From Clostridiales bacterium (lineage in GTDB: Bacteria; Bacteroidota; Bacteroidia; Bacteroidales; Paludibacteraceae): a DNA stretch of 64,000 nt. A program made the translations under genes and the position numbers. The notes under the pieces were generated by a model. It had not been told where the DNA came from. It worked only from the letters and a program-made list of their open reading frames with translations, and ran no database searches. The stretch lies in assembly GCA_963626555.1 (NCBI GenBank), contig CAVFXQ010000004.1, positions 30,780 to 94,779 of the forward strand. The letters run 5' to 3'. Positions 37,897 through 47,384 of the stretch are shown one piece after another. Position 1 is the first letter of the stretch, and each line of letters starts with the position of its first letter.

Positions 37897-40800
37897 ATGG
37901 CTAAAGAAAAGAAATTCATCACTTGTGATGGAAATGAAGCAGCTGCACATATTTCATATATGTTCAGCGAGTGTGCCTGTATCTACCCTATCACGCCATC
38001 TTCAACAATGGCTGAGCATGTAGACGAATGGGCTGCACAAGGTCGCAAGAACATCTTCGGAGAGACAGTATCTGTAACCGAAATGCAGTCTGAGGCAGGT
38101 GCAGCAGGTGCAGTTCACGGTGCGATCCAAGCAGGAGCGTTGACCTCCACCTACACAGCATCTCAAGGACTCCTTTTGATGATTCCAAACATGTACAAAA
38201 TTGCTGCAGAGAAAATGCCAGCTGTTTTCCATGTTTCTGCTCGTACCATCGCATCTCATTCATTATGTATCTTCGGAGACCATCAAGATGTCTACGCATG
38301 CCGTCAGACTGGCTTCGCAATGCTCGCCGAAGGTTCTGTACAAGAGGTTATGGATCTCGCTGGTGTAGCTCACTTGTCTACTATCAAATCACAAGTTCCT
38401 TTCCTCAATTTCTTCGACGGATTCCGTACTTCTCACGAAATCCAGAAAATTGAAAAATTAGACAACGAAGACCTCGCTGACCTTATCGACAAAGATAAAC
38501 TCGCAGAGTTCCGTTCTCGCGCCCTCAACCCTAACAAACCTGTTATGCGTGGTATGGCCGAGAATCCAGACACCTTCTTTACTCACCGTGAGTCTTGCAA
38601 CTCAATGTACGACGCAGTTCCAGCTATCGTCGAGAACTACATGAAAGAGATTTCTAAGATCACTGGACGTAACTATGGCTTGTTTGACTACTACGGAGCA
38701 GCAGATGCAGACCGCGTCATCATCGCTATGGGTTCTGTTACCGAGTGTATCCGTGAGGTTATCGACTTCCTCGCTAAGAAAGGCGAGAAGGTTGGTTTGG
38801 TTGCAGTTCACTTGTATCGTCCATTCTCTACAAAACATTTGCTCGCCGCAGTTCCTAAATCTGCTAAGGTAATCACTGTTTTGGATAGGACAAAGGAGCC
38901 TGGCGCAAACGGAGAGCCTCTCTACTTGGATGTTCGCGAGGCATTCTACGAGGAGAAGAACGCTCCAGTTATCGTAGGCGGTCGTTATGGCTTAGGTTCA
39001 AACGATACCACTCCTGCCCAGATTCTTTCTGTATACGAGAATATGTCTCTCCCAACTCCAAAGAACCACTTCACTGTTGGTATCGTAGACGACGTTACCT
39101 TCACTTCTCTTCCAAAGAAGGAGGAAATCGCAGTTGGTGGAACTGGAATGTTCGAGGCTAAATTCTACGGTTTGGGAGCCGACGGTACTGTTGGCGCAAA
39201 CAAGAACTCAGTAAAGATCATCGGAGACAACACTAATAAGCACTGTCAAGCATACTTCTCTTACGACTCTAAGAAGTCTGGAGGATTCACTTGCTCTCAC
39301 TTGCGTTTCGGAGACTCTCCAATTCGTTCAACCTACTTGGTGAACACGCCAAACTTCGTAGCTTGCCACGTTCAAGCATACCTTCACATGTACGATGTAA
39401 CTCGCGGTCTTCAGAAGAATGGTACATTCTTGTTGAACACCATCTGGGAAGGTGAAGAGTTGGCAAAGAACTTGCCTAATAAGGTAAAGGCTTACTTCGC
39501 TAAAAACAATATCAAAGTTTACTATATCAACGCAACTAAGATTGCTCAAGAGATTGGATTAGGCAACAGAACTAATACGATTCTCCAATCTGCATTCTTC
39601 CGCATTACAGAGGTTATTCCTGTAGACTTGGCTGTTGAGCAAATGAAGAAATTCATCGTTAAGTCTTACGGAAAGAAGGGTGAAGATGTAGTCAACAAGA
39701 ACTATGCCGCTGTTGATCGTGGTGGCGAATACAAAGAATTGCCTGTTGACGCAGCGTGGGCTAACTTAGAGCCAGACGCAGTTAAACCAAACAACGACCC
39801 TGAGTTCATCAACAAAATTGTTCGTCCTATCAACGCACAAAACGGCGACTTGCTCACTGTTTCAGCATTCAAGGGCATTGAAGACGGTGAATGGCAGGCT
39901 GGTACTGCAGCATACGAGAAACGTGGAGTGTCAGCATTCGTTCCTCTTTGGAATGCAGCAGACTGTGTACAATGTAACAAGTGTGCATTCGTTTGTCCTC
40001 ACGCATGTATCCGTCCAATCGTCATGACCGACGAAGAGGCTAAGGGTATGAACGGTGAGATGATTGAGATGAAAGCTCCAGCCGCTATGAAAGGTATGAA
40101 GTTCCGTATGCAGGTAGGTGTTCTCGACTGTCTCGGTTGTGGAAACTGTGTTGACGTTTGTATGGGTAACAACCCAGAGAAAGGCAAAAACGCCCTCAAG
40201 ATGGTTGCGTTTGACCCTGAATCAGCAGAGACCGCAACGGAAACCGCAAATTGGGAATACGCAGTTAAGAATGTAACCTCTAAGCAAGATTTAATTGACG
40301 TCACTTCTAATCCTAAAAACTCACAGTTTGCTCAACCTTTGTTTGAGTTCTCTGGCGCATGTTCAGGATGTGGTGAGACTCCATACGTTAAGTTGATTTC
40401 TCAATTGTTTGGAGATCGTGAAATCGTAGCTAACGCAACAGGATGTTCTTCAATCTACTCTGGTTCAATTCCATCAACTCCTTACACTACCAATGCTAAA
40501 GGTCAAGGTCCAGCATGGGCTAACTCTTTGTTCGAGGATTTCTGCGAGTTCGGTCTCGGAATGGAATTGGCAAACGAGAAGATGCGTGAGCGCATTGAGA
40601 GAGTAATGAAGGATGCTATTGATGCTGACTGCACGCCAGCAGAGGCAAAAGAGTTGTTCGCACAATGGATTGAGAACAAGGACGATGCTGCTAAGACGAA
40701 AGAGCTGTACGATAAGATCGTTCCAGTAGTAGAGGCAGGCAAGAAGAACGGATGCAACCACTGCAAGCAGTTGAGCGAATTGGAAGGTTATCTCATCAAG

Positions 40801-41457
40801 CGTTCACAATGGATTATCGGTGGAGATGGTGCTTCATACGATATCGGATACGGAGGACTCGACCATGTTATCGCTTCTGGCAAGAACGTTAACATCTTGG
40901 TATTGGATACTGAGGTTTACTCAAACACTGGAGGTCAATCTTCTAAGGCAACTCCACTCGGAGCAATCGCCAAGTTTGCCGCTTCTGGAAAACGTGTCCG
41001 CAAGAAAGACTTAGGTATGATTGCGACCACATACGGTTACGTTTATGTTGCGCAAATCGCTATGGGAGCAGACCAAGCACAATGTTTAAAGGCAATCAAA
41101 GAAGCTGAAGCATACAACGGACCATCGTTGATCATCGCATACGCACCATGTATCAATCATGGTTTGAAAGCTGGTATGGGTAAGGCACAGGCAGAAGAAG
41201 CCAAGGCCGTAGCCTGCGGTTACTGGCACTTGTGGCGTTTCAATCCAGAATTAGAGGCACAAGGCAAGAACCCATTCTCTTTGGATTCAAAAGAGCCAGA
41301 CTACTCTAAGTTCCAAGATTTCTTGAAGGGAGAAGTTCGTTACTTATCAGTAATGAAACAATTCCCTAACGAGGCACAAGAGTTGTTTAATGCCTCTGAG
41401 GAAATGGCTAAGAAACGTTACCAATCATACGTTCGTATGACTAAGATGGAATATTAA
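37897..41457 (+). CDS. nifJ: Pyruvate:ferredoxin (flavodoxin) oxidoreductase
   Basis: 1186 aa single-chain PFOR. Two ferredoxin-type clusters (CVQCNKCAFVCPH, CLGCGNCVDVC) and the TPP-binding segment GGDGASYDIGYGGLDH. Confidence 0.92.
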   Translation: MAKEKKFITCDGNEAAAHISYMFSECACIYPITPSSTMAEHVDEWAAQGRKNIFGETVSVTEMQSEAGAAGAVHGAIQAGALTSTYTASQGLLLMIPNMYKIAAEKMPAVFHVSARTIASHSLCIFGDHQDVYACRQTGFAMLAEGSVQEVMDLAGVAHLSTIKSQVPFLNFFDGFRTSHEIQKIEKLDNEDLADLIDKDKLAEFRSRALNPNKPVMRGMAENPDTFFTHRESCNSMYDAVPAIVENYMKEISKITGRNYGLFDYYGAADADRVIIAMGSVTECIREVIDFLAKKGEKVGLVAVHLYRPFSTKHLLAAVPKSAKVITVLDRTKEPGANGEPLYLDVREAFYEEKNAPVIVGGRYGLGSNDTTPAQILSVYENMSLPTPKNHFTVGIVDDVTFTSLPKKEEIAVGGTGMFEAKFYGLGADGTVGANKNSVKIIGDNTNKHCQAYFSYDSKKSGGFTCSHLRFGDSPIRSTYLVNTPNFVACHVQAYLHMYDVTRGLQKNGTFLLNTIWEGEELAKNLPNKVKAYFAKNNIKVYYINATKIAQEIGLGNRTNTILQSAFFRITEVIPVDLAVEQMKKFIVKSYGKKGEDVVNKNYAAVDRGGEYKELPVDAAWANLEPDAVKPNNDPEFINKIVRPINAQNGDLLTVSAFKGIEDGEWQAGTAAYEKRGVSAFVPLWNAADCVQCNKCAFVCPHACIRPIVMTDEEAKGMNGEMIEMKAPAAMKGMKFRMQVGVLDCLGCGNCVDVCMGNNPEKGKNALKMVAFDPESAETATETANWEYAVKNVTSKQDLIDVTSNPKNSQFAQPLFEFSGACSGCGETPYVKLISQLFGDREIVANATGCSSIYSGSIPSTPYTTNAKGQGPAWANSLFEDFCEFGLGMELANEKMRERIERVMKDAIDADCTPAEAKELFAQWIENKDDAAKTKELYDKIVPVVEAGKKNGCNHCKQLSELEGYLIKRSQWIIGGDGASYDIGYGGLDHVIASGKNVNILVLDTEVYSNTGGQSSKATPLGAIAKFAASGKRVRKKDLGMIATTYGYVYVAQIAMGADQAQCLKAIKEAEAYNGPSLIIAYAPCINHGLKAGMGKAQAEEAKAVACGYWHLWRFNPELEAQGKNPFSLDSKEPDYSKFQDFLKGEVRYLSVMKQFPNEAQELFNASEEMAKKRYQSYVRMTKMEY

Positions 41458-41483
41458 TCAACACTGATTAACTATCATTAAAA

Positions 41484-41516
41484 AGAGGGAGAAGCGAAAG
41501 TTTCTTCCTCTTTTGC
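41484..41516 (+). terminator. Rho-independent terminator after nifJ
   Basis: AGAGGGAGAAG / TTTCTTCCTCT stem (with G-U pairs) followed by a T-rich tract. Confidence 0.5.
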
Positions 41517-41603
41517 TTATCTTAAATTATTCGGCAGAAAAAAAACATAAACTTTTATCGCAAAAAAAGAACTTATAAAATTTGTCAAATTAAAAAGAAG
41601 TGG

Positions 41604-41611
41604 TATCTTTG
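41604..41611 (+). promoter_or_regulatory. Bacteroidota -7 promoter box upstream of the tRNA pair
   Basis: TATCTTTG lies ~68 nt upstream of tRNA-Gly. Confidence 0.4.
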
Positions 41612-41679
41612 TACCGCAATTAAGAAATGCACTACGAGAAGTGTAAAAATGATTGAAATGAGGAATTAATTTCCATAAT

Positions 41680-41752
41680 GCGAAAATAGCTCAGTTGGTA
41701 GAGCACAACCTTGCCAAGGTTGGGGTCGCGGGTTCGAGTCCCGTTTTTCGCT
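41680..41752 (+). tRNA. tRNA-Gly (GCC)
   Basis: Hand-folded cloverleaf: acceptor GCGAAAA/TTTTCGC, D-arm TAGCTCAGTTGGTAGAGC, anticodon loop TTGCCAA, T-arm GCGGGTTCGAGTCCCGT. Followed by genomic CCA. Confidence 0.9.
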
Positions 41753-41778
41753 CCAAAAAAGATTGGCAAGTCCAAGAA

Positions 41779-41862
41779 GCTTAGGTGGTGGAATTGGTAG
41801 ACACGCTACTTTGAGGGGGTAGTGCCGGTTACGGCGTGTGAGTTCGAATCTCATCTTGAGCA
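41779..41862 (+). tRNA. tRNA-Leu (GAG), long variable arm
   Basis: Acceptor GCTTAGG/CTTGAGC, D-arm GTGGAATTGGTAGACAC, anticodon loop TTGAGGG, long variable arm GCCGGTTACGGC, T-arm GTGAGTTCGAATCTCAT. Confidence 0.85.
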
Positions 41863-41902
41863 CTTTTTAGTGTATTTTTAATAGGTAATCATTAGGTAAA
41901 TT

Positions 41903-42544
41903 ATGTTGAAGAGATATTTGTATTTAATAATCTCTTTTTCGTTGTTTTTATGCTATTCGTGCAAGAAAGACGGAGATGAGACAGGCGACCCGAGTGAAAT
42001 AGTGGACGATACCCATGTAAAAGTTGACAGTCGCTATGGAATTACAGCAATCTGTCCAAAAGGAGAATGGACTAACCAATATAACGACACTTGTCCGGAA
42101 GAAAGTCGGGATTACTACAAAGACTATCTTTTCAATCGTGTTACATTAGCGTACAAAGGAGACACCGTAAGCCAGAAAAATGGTACTGTTTTCTTTCCTA
42201 CAGCAATCTACTTGATGAGGTTTCACTATGTTCCAACCTCACAAAGCGATGCAGATAATTTCATGTTAGGATACAAGGAGACATGCTTCAACGCACTCGA
42301 AGATGTTTACTATATAGCAGATAGCATCACTGATTTTGAGACGACATCGCTGAACGGCTATGAAGCAAAATATTTCACTGCAAAAATGGGCTTACGTGTT
42401 GCTTCTGGAACGCAGGAAATCTACTTAATGTACGAAAACGGAAGGGTTTACGGAGTGAACCTTAGCTATCTTGACTCTTTCTCAACCAAAGTCGGAATTG
42501 AGAATGCGAGAAGCATACTGAAAACAATTTCCATTGTTGAATAA
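41903..42544 (+). CDS. Hypothetical lipoprotein
   Basis: Signal peptide ending in the lipobox LFLCYSC. No other recognisable motifs. Confidence 0.55.
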   Translation: MLKRYLYLIISFSLFLCYSCKKDGDETGDPSEIVDDTHVKVDSRYGITAICPKGEWTNQYNDTCPEESRDYYKDYLFNRVTLAYKGDTVSQKNGTVFFPTAIYLMRFHYVPTSQSDADNFMLGYKETCFNALEDVYYIADSITDFETTSLNGYEAKYFTAKMGLRVASGTQEIYLMYENGRVYGVNLSYLDSFSTKVGIENARSILKTISIVE

Positions 42545-42572
42545 AAAACACTCTAAGAATTTGAATAATGAG

Positions 42573-42601
42573 GCCACAAGTTCAGACTTGTGGCTTTTTT
42601 T
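42573..42601. terminator. Rho-independent terminator between convergent genes
   Basis: GCCACAAGT-TCAG-ACTTGTGGC followed by T7. Confidence 0.65.
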
Positions 42602-42617
42602 CGTTGGATTATGAAAA

Positions 42618-43928
42618 TCATTCAGATTCAGTTGAATGGTCTTTGAAGAGTTGTGTTAACAACAACCATTTCCAAACTGGTACCACCTCAATTATCCTAC
42701 CCTCCACATTTATCGTTCTTTCATCATCCATAGTAACAATGATTCCGCTGTACTCGGAGAAAGCAGACAAGAACCGTAACAAGCCACCAACCTCACGGTC
42801 GTATGTATCGCCTTCAATTAAATCATAGGTCACTTGAATAGCTAGCTTCTTAGAAGGAATACAAAAATCTATTTCAACATTTTTACTATAATAGTATAAG
42901 AGTGTCTCCTCTTCTGTATTTCGGTAAAGTCGATTTAAATGAATTGCAACAATATTTTCCAACAATTTCGTCTCCCCTTGATATAAAAAGAGGTTTAGAA
43001 GTCCATTGTCTGCCATATAACGTTTCAGAGTAGTAGCCTGTTCGGTAAAAGAAGAAGCAAAATTTGGAACAGAGAAATACAAAAAAGCATCCTGCATAAA
43101 ACCTAAATAGTCTTTCAGAACGGGCAGACTAACCGAGTCGCCCGTTGACTTGACAATATTTTGTAGTCTGGTTTGAGAAGTCGGTTGCATTACACTATCA
43201 GCCAATTTTTTACAAAGGAGACGAAAGACTCTTGCATTTCTGATATTATTACGTTCAACGATATCACCCACAAGAATCTTTTGGTAAAGCGAATTTAAAT
43301 ATTCTCGTTTATCCACCTGTTCGAACGACTCCGCAATTCCCCCCTCGTAAAAGTATTTGTCAAACAAATTGGCTATTTTTGACTTCGTTTTCAAATCATA
43401 CTCCCAATTTTTTGATATTGTGACACGATGATAAACAAGGTATTCATAAAACGAGAATGGGAATACTTCACGAGGAATATATCTTCCACCAAGAGAAGAA
43501 AAAATTTCCCTACTTAGCATTTTAGCATTACTTCCTGTTATCATCACACGATACTTAGAGTCCGCCAACCGTCTAGCAAAGAATTCCCAACCCTCAATGT
43601 TTTGAATTTCATCCAAATAAACAATGGGTTGCATCTCTGGATAGAGTTCATAATAGGACTCAAGAATAACACCTAATTCCTCAGCTTTTATATTCAATAG
43701 GCGCTCATCTTCGAAATTAATATAAAGAATACCCTCCTCTTTTGTTTTTTTACTATGGATTCTTTCCTGAATATCTTGGTACAATAAATACGACTTTCCA
43801 GCACGTCGTAAGCCTAAAAGTACATAATTAGACGTATCACCAAACAAAACATTCCGACGAATCAAGGGATAAGTCGGAATGGCTTTTTGCTTTTCTATGA
43901 TGATATTTTTGATGATTCGCTTATCCAT
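42618..43928 (-). CDS. AAA-family ATPase (AAA_14 plus DUF4143 architecture)
   Basis: Walker A GLRRAGKSYLL, Walker B IVYLDEIQ and a C-terminal DUF4143-like region. 436 aa. Confidence 0.7.
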   Translation of the reverse strand: MDKRIIKNIIIEKQKAIPTYPLIRRNVLFGDTSNYVLLGLRRAGKSYLLYQDIQERIHSKKTKEEGILYINFEDERLLNIKAEELGVILESYYELYPEMQPIVYLDEIQNIEGWEFFARRLADSKYRVMITGSNAKMLSREIFSSLGGRYIPREVFPFSFYEYLVYHRVTISKNWEYDLKTKSKIANLFDKYFYEGGIAESFEQVDKREYLNSLYQKILVGDIVERNNIRNARVFRLLCKKLADSVMQPTSQTRLQNIVKSTGDSVSLPVLKDYLGFMQDAFLYFSVPNFASSFTEQATTLKRYMADNGLLNLFLYQGETKLLENIVAIHLNRLYRNTEEETLLYYYSKNVEIDFCIPSKKLAIQVTYDLIEGDTYDREVGGLLRFLSAFSEYSGIIVTMDDERTINVEGRIIEVVPVWKWLLLTQLFKDHSTESE

Positions 43929-44043
43929 TCTGCGCTACTTGAAAATATACCTTGCAAATATAGCACAAATAGCAAAACTATAGTTTAATAAAAATATCGA
44001 TTATCCAAAAATATAATTTATAGTCAATGATATTATTCAAACA

Positions 44044-45177
44044 TTACGACATACGATTCAAATAATCTTCATATCCGAAGCGTTTCAACTCAATTAGTTC
44101 ATTGTCTTGCGTCCAAAGCATCAGCGATGGATGGGTTACTCCATTGAACATTGTCGTTTTTACAGTCGTATAATGAATCATATCCATCAACACAATTTGC
44201 TCCCCTACCTGCAATTCATGATCGAAATGCCAATCTCCAATAAAATCACCAGAGAGACAACTATTTCCACCCATACGATAGGTAAAAGTGCCATTTTCTT
44301 TGGCAGTTAAAATGGATGGTTGATAGGGCATTTCCAAACAGTCGGGCATGTGGCATGCAAACGAGACGTTCAAAATTGCCGTTTTAATTCCGTGATTCTC
44401 AACTATATCCACGATTTTTGCCACTAATTCCCCTGTCTGCCAAGCAAAAGCGCTTCCTGGCTCCATAATTACTTTCAACCATGGATAACGATTGCGGAAT
44501 GCCAGCAACACAGATACCAAATGTTCCGTATTGTAGTCTGATCGAGTCATCAAATGCCCTCCACCAAAATTAATCCACTTAATTTGATTAAAATATTTTG
44601 AGAACTTCTCTTCAACTATTTTTAATGTTTTTTCCAAATCATACGAGCTTGACTCACACAACGTATGAAAATGCAATCCCTCTATTCCTTCTGGCAAACG
44701 GTCTCCCAATTTATCCACAGTAACTCCTAAACGAGATCCTGGCGCACACGGATTGTACAAATCCGTCTCAACATCAGAAAATTCGGGGTTCACTCTTAAA
44801 CCGCAAGAAATGTAGTGATCAAATGCTTTGGTCCGCTCATAGAAATGTTCAAACTGAGTTAGTGAATTGAATGTGATATGGCTACTGCATGCTGCGATGG
44901 TTTTAAATTCCTCGTCTGTATACGCAGGAGAATAGGTATGTGCCAGATTGCCCATCTTCTCATACGCCAAACGAGCCTCAGAAAGAGAACTTGCAGTCGA
45001 ATAAGAAATGTATTCCCTTACTATCGGAAACACTTTCCATAAAGCAAAAGCCTTGAATGCCAAAATTATCTCAACGCCTGCACGATCTTTCACAGACTTT
45101 ATCAAACTAAGATTTCTACGAAGACGAACCTCATCGACCACATACGCAGGAGAAGGCACTTTTGAATAGTCAATCAT
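44044..45177 (-). CDS. nspC: Carboxynorspermidine/carboxyspermidine decarboxylase
   Basis: 377 aa with a PLP-dependent group IV decarboxylase pattern (PSPAYVVDE.., ILAFKAF, GLHFHTLCE, NFGGGH). Confidence 0.8.
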   Translation of the reverse strand: MIDYSKVPSPAYVVDEVRLRRNLSLIKSVKDRAGVEIILAFKAFALWKVFPIVREYISYSTASSLSEARLAYEKMGNLAHTYSPAYTDEEFKTIAACSSHITFNSLTQFEHFYERTKAFDHYISCGLRVNPEFSDVETDLYNPCAPGSRLGVTVDKLGDRLPEGIEGLHFHTLCESSSYDLEKTLKIVEEKFSKYFNQIKWINFGGGHLMTRSDYNTEHLVSVLLAFRNRYPWLKVIMEPGSAFAWQTGELVAKIVDIVENHGIKTAILNVSFACHMPDCLEMPYQPSILTAKENGTFTYRMGGNSCLSGDFIGDWHFDHELQVGEQIVLMDMIHYTTVKTTMFNGVTHPSLMLWTQDNELIELKRFGYEDYLNRMS

Positions 45178-45212
45178 TGTTCAAATGGTTTTAAAGTAAA
45201 ATACATAAAGTG

Positions 45213-45250
45213 AGAAAACCGAGGCGAGACTATTCATCCCCACCTCGGTT
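45213..45250 (-). terminator. Probable terminator after the aspartate kinase gene
   Basis: On the minus strand, CCGAGGTGG...CGCCTCGG stem followed by TTTTCTCACTTT. Confidence 0.4.
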
Positions 45251-45273
45251 TCCTTTCATTTCATATTTTATTG

Positions 45274-46695
45274 TTATTTCTCAACACATAACGCATTGTT
45301 CAATGCTACGATTGCAGCAGAGTAGTCCCTACGCTCAATGACGAACTGCATGTTTACCTGACGCAAAGACTGTGCGAAACACTCGATATTAATGTTATTG
45401 TCACACAATGTCTTAGCGGCCTTGTACAAGAAACCAGGGTGAGCGATGTTCGTTCCCATACAACATACGATTGCAACTTCTTTCACCTCTACCTGATAGA
45501 ATTTCTCAGACAATTCCTTGATTAAACCTTTAGCCTTAGGCTTGTCCCAAATAACCATTGTAATACTATTCGCGTTGGTTGATTTCAAGATATAGCTGAC
45601 CCCATGTTTCTCGAACACCTGCATAATGCGAAGGTCAAACCCGACCTCACCGACCATCATTGGATCGTGTACTTCAACTGCCAAAACCTTATCTGTTCCC
45701 GAGATGATTTCAATACGCGGTTTTTCTGCCACATAGTTTTTCGAAATCAGAGTTCCTGGGTGATTGGGTTCAAAAGTATTCTTGATACGTATATTGATAC
45801 CTGCCATTTCCAAAGGTTTAGAAGCTTTAGGATGAATTGCCTCCATACCAACATCCGCCAATTGGTCTGCCACCATAAAGTTAGTCATACCGACTATGAT
45901 AGAATTCTCTTTACCTACCAGTTTAGGGTCTGCCGAAGAGAGGTGGAACTCCTTATGAATAACTGCCTCGTCAGCATGTACATCAACAGCAATTTTTGAG
46001 AAAGTAACCTCAGAATAACCACGGTCGAACGCACGCATAATACCCTCCGTTCCCTTTGTGTAACCCGTTGCCACACAAAGTGTCTTTGAAAAGTCAATTC
46101 CATCAAACGCTTTGTGGATACGCTCGTCGATCGTCAACGCCTCAGAATCATCAAAACCGCAAAGATCAATAAATGTAGCATTTATTCCATTATTATTAAT
46201 GATATTGACTGAGTTAAACGCTGAATGAGCCTCACCGATAGACGAAAGTATCTCGCGAGCCGCCAAATAAAGGTCTTTCCTATCTACATAACCAGAAGCG
46301 ACCACGCTATGCATCGCTCTCAAATAGTTCTTGGCACGCTCGATACGATTGATGATAAACTCATCAGCCACCTTTTGATCAAGCTTAATTTCCTCATAAT
46401 TTCTGTTGAGAGCAATTAATTTCTGGCAAAGTTCATCTAAAGCACCCTCATAATTATCATCGTTAAGAAACTTCACATAAATGCCAGGTTCGCCGGTTTT
46501 CTTGTGTTCCAGCAACCAGTTTGTCACATTATTATACGCAGAAACAACGAAAATACGGTTGTACATATTTTCGTCTGTATGATTACCAATGATAATGTTG
46601 TTCAAGACATCCTTGAACTGCGACATGGAGGTTCCTCCGATTTTCTCTACTGTTAGCATATCTTCGAGACTATTTTTACTTATTTTGAATTTCAA
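45274..46695 (-). CDS. Aspartate kinase
   Basis: N-terminal VEKIGGTSM kinase motif and C-terminal ACT-like regulatory repeats (VAIVCCMGTNIAHPGF...). 473 aa. Confidence 0.75.
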   Translation of the reverse strand: MKFKISKNSLEDMLTVEKIGGTSMSQFKDVLNNIIIGNHTDENMYNRIFVVSAYNNVTNWLLEHKKTGEPGIYVKFLNDDNYEGALDELCQKLIALNRNYEEIKLDQKVADEFIINRIERAKNYLRAMHSVVASGYVDRKDLYLAAREILSSIGEAHSAFNSVNIINNNGINATFIDLCGFDDSEALTIDERIHKAFDGIDFSKTLCVATGYTKGTEGIMRAFDRGYSEVTFSKIAVDVHADEAVIHKEFHLSSADPKLVGKENSIIVGMTNFMVADQLADVGMEAIHPKASKPLEMAGINIRIKNTFEPNHPGTLISKNYVAEKPRIEIISGTDKVLAVEVHDPMMVGEVGFDLRIMQVFEKHGVSYILKSTNANSITMVIWDKPKAKGLIKELSEKFYQVEVKEVAIVCCMGTNIAHPGFLYKAAKTLCDNNINIECFAQSLRQVNMQFVIERRDYSAAIVALNNALCVEK

Positions 46696-46792
46696 TTTGC
46701 AAATTTAGCATACAAAATTGTTGTTTCTCTGCTGATTATAGAAAAAGTTTATGAAAAACAAAAAGTAAATCAAACACTACAAGTATAAAGCA

Positions 46793-46829
46793 CAAAATAA
46801 AAAAAGGACATCCAATAGGACATCCTTTT
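46793..46829 (-). terminator. Rho-independent terminator after tRNA-Thr
   Basis: Minus strand AAAGGAUGUCC-UAUU-GGAUGUCCUUU (11-bp stem including 2 G-U pairs) followed by UUUUUAUUUU. Confidence 0.6.
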
Positions 46830-46830
46830 G

Positions 46831-46904
46831 AGCCTCTTGTCGGATTCGAACCAACGACCCCGAGATTACAAATCACGTGCTCTGGCCAACTGAGCTAAAG
46901 AGGC
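46831..46904 (-). tRNA. tRNA-Thr (TGT)
   Basis: Reverse complement GCCTCTT-TA-GCTCAGTTGGCCAGAGC-A-CGTGA-TTTGTAA-TCTCG-GGGTC-GTTGGTTCGAATCCGAC-AAGAGGC-T. One T-T mismatch in the anticodon stem. Confidence 0.85.
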
Positions 46905-47005
46905 AGGTGGGCAAGCTTACTACATCGCACCGCTACAACCGACGTACCCTTGCTGCGGTCAAGCCCTGGGGGATTAGAAGGGAGCTGGTCGTATAGGACT
47001 TACCC
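46905..47005 (-). ncRNA. ffs: Probable small (4.5S-type) SRP RNA
   Basis: Minus-strand ~100 nt. The 5' GGGTAAGT pairs with the 3' GCTTGCCC, giving a long hairpin. Internal CCAGG...GCAGCAAGG...GATGTAG resembles E. coli 4.5S CCAGG...GCAGCCAAGG...GAUGUAG. A -7 box lies just upstream. Not validated with a covariance model. Confidence 0.55.
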
Positions 47006-47010
47006 GAGCG

Positions 47011-47018
47011 CAAAGATA
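47011..47018 (-). promoter_or_regulatory. Bacteroidota -7 promoter box for the SRP RNA/tRNA-Thr transcript
   Basis: Minus strand TATCTTTG immediately upstream of the predicted SRP RNA 5' end. Confidence 0.45.
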
Positions 47019-47283
47019 CCACTTTTTTCTTAATCACAAATATTTTTTGATTATTTTTCATTATTATTTCCAATACTACTATAACAATCTAAAACTCAAC
47101 TATTTACATATTCTTACTTTTCTTTCTTATAAAAATCATAATTTTTCAGAACCCTCAAAGCGCATTGTGTTTACGTCTTTTTTAACAAAAAAGCTAAGAT
47201 CTTTACATTAAAAGCATCCCTTGAAAGTAATATTTTCTTCAATTTTTATATCTGTCTACCGCATAGAATGTTTGTAAAATAAG

Positions 47284-47291
47284 TAACTTTG
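47284..47291 (+). promoter_or_regulatory. Bacteroidota -7 promoter box
   Basis: TAACTTTG lies 93 nt upstream of the ATG at 47385. Confidence 0.35.
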
Positions 47292-47384
47292 CAGCCAAGC
47301 GCAAAGGGTGTGTTCACAGAAGCCACCAAAGCAGAAAAAAATTAAAAGATTAGCAACAATTCTTCTTCAGGATTGGTAATTAGG

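Noticed and set aside
37790-38023. 77-aa ORF overlapping the nifJ start
   Set aside because: It contains the promoter box region and overlaps nifJ out of frame. The nifJ N-terminus (MAKEKKFITCDGNEAAAH) is canonical.
41666-41863. 65-aa minus-strand ORF
   Set aside because: It is entirely antisense to the tRNA-Gly and tRNA-Leu genes.
42568-42828. 86-aa plus-strand ORF downstream of the lipoprotein gene
   Set aside because: It starts inside the terminator hairpin and runs antisense to the 3' end of the AAA ATPase gene.
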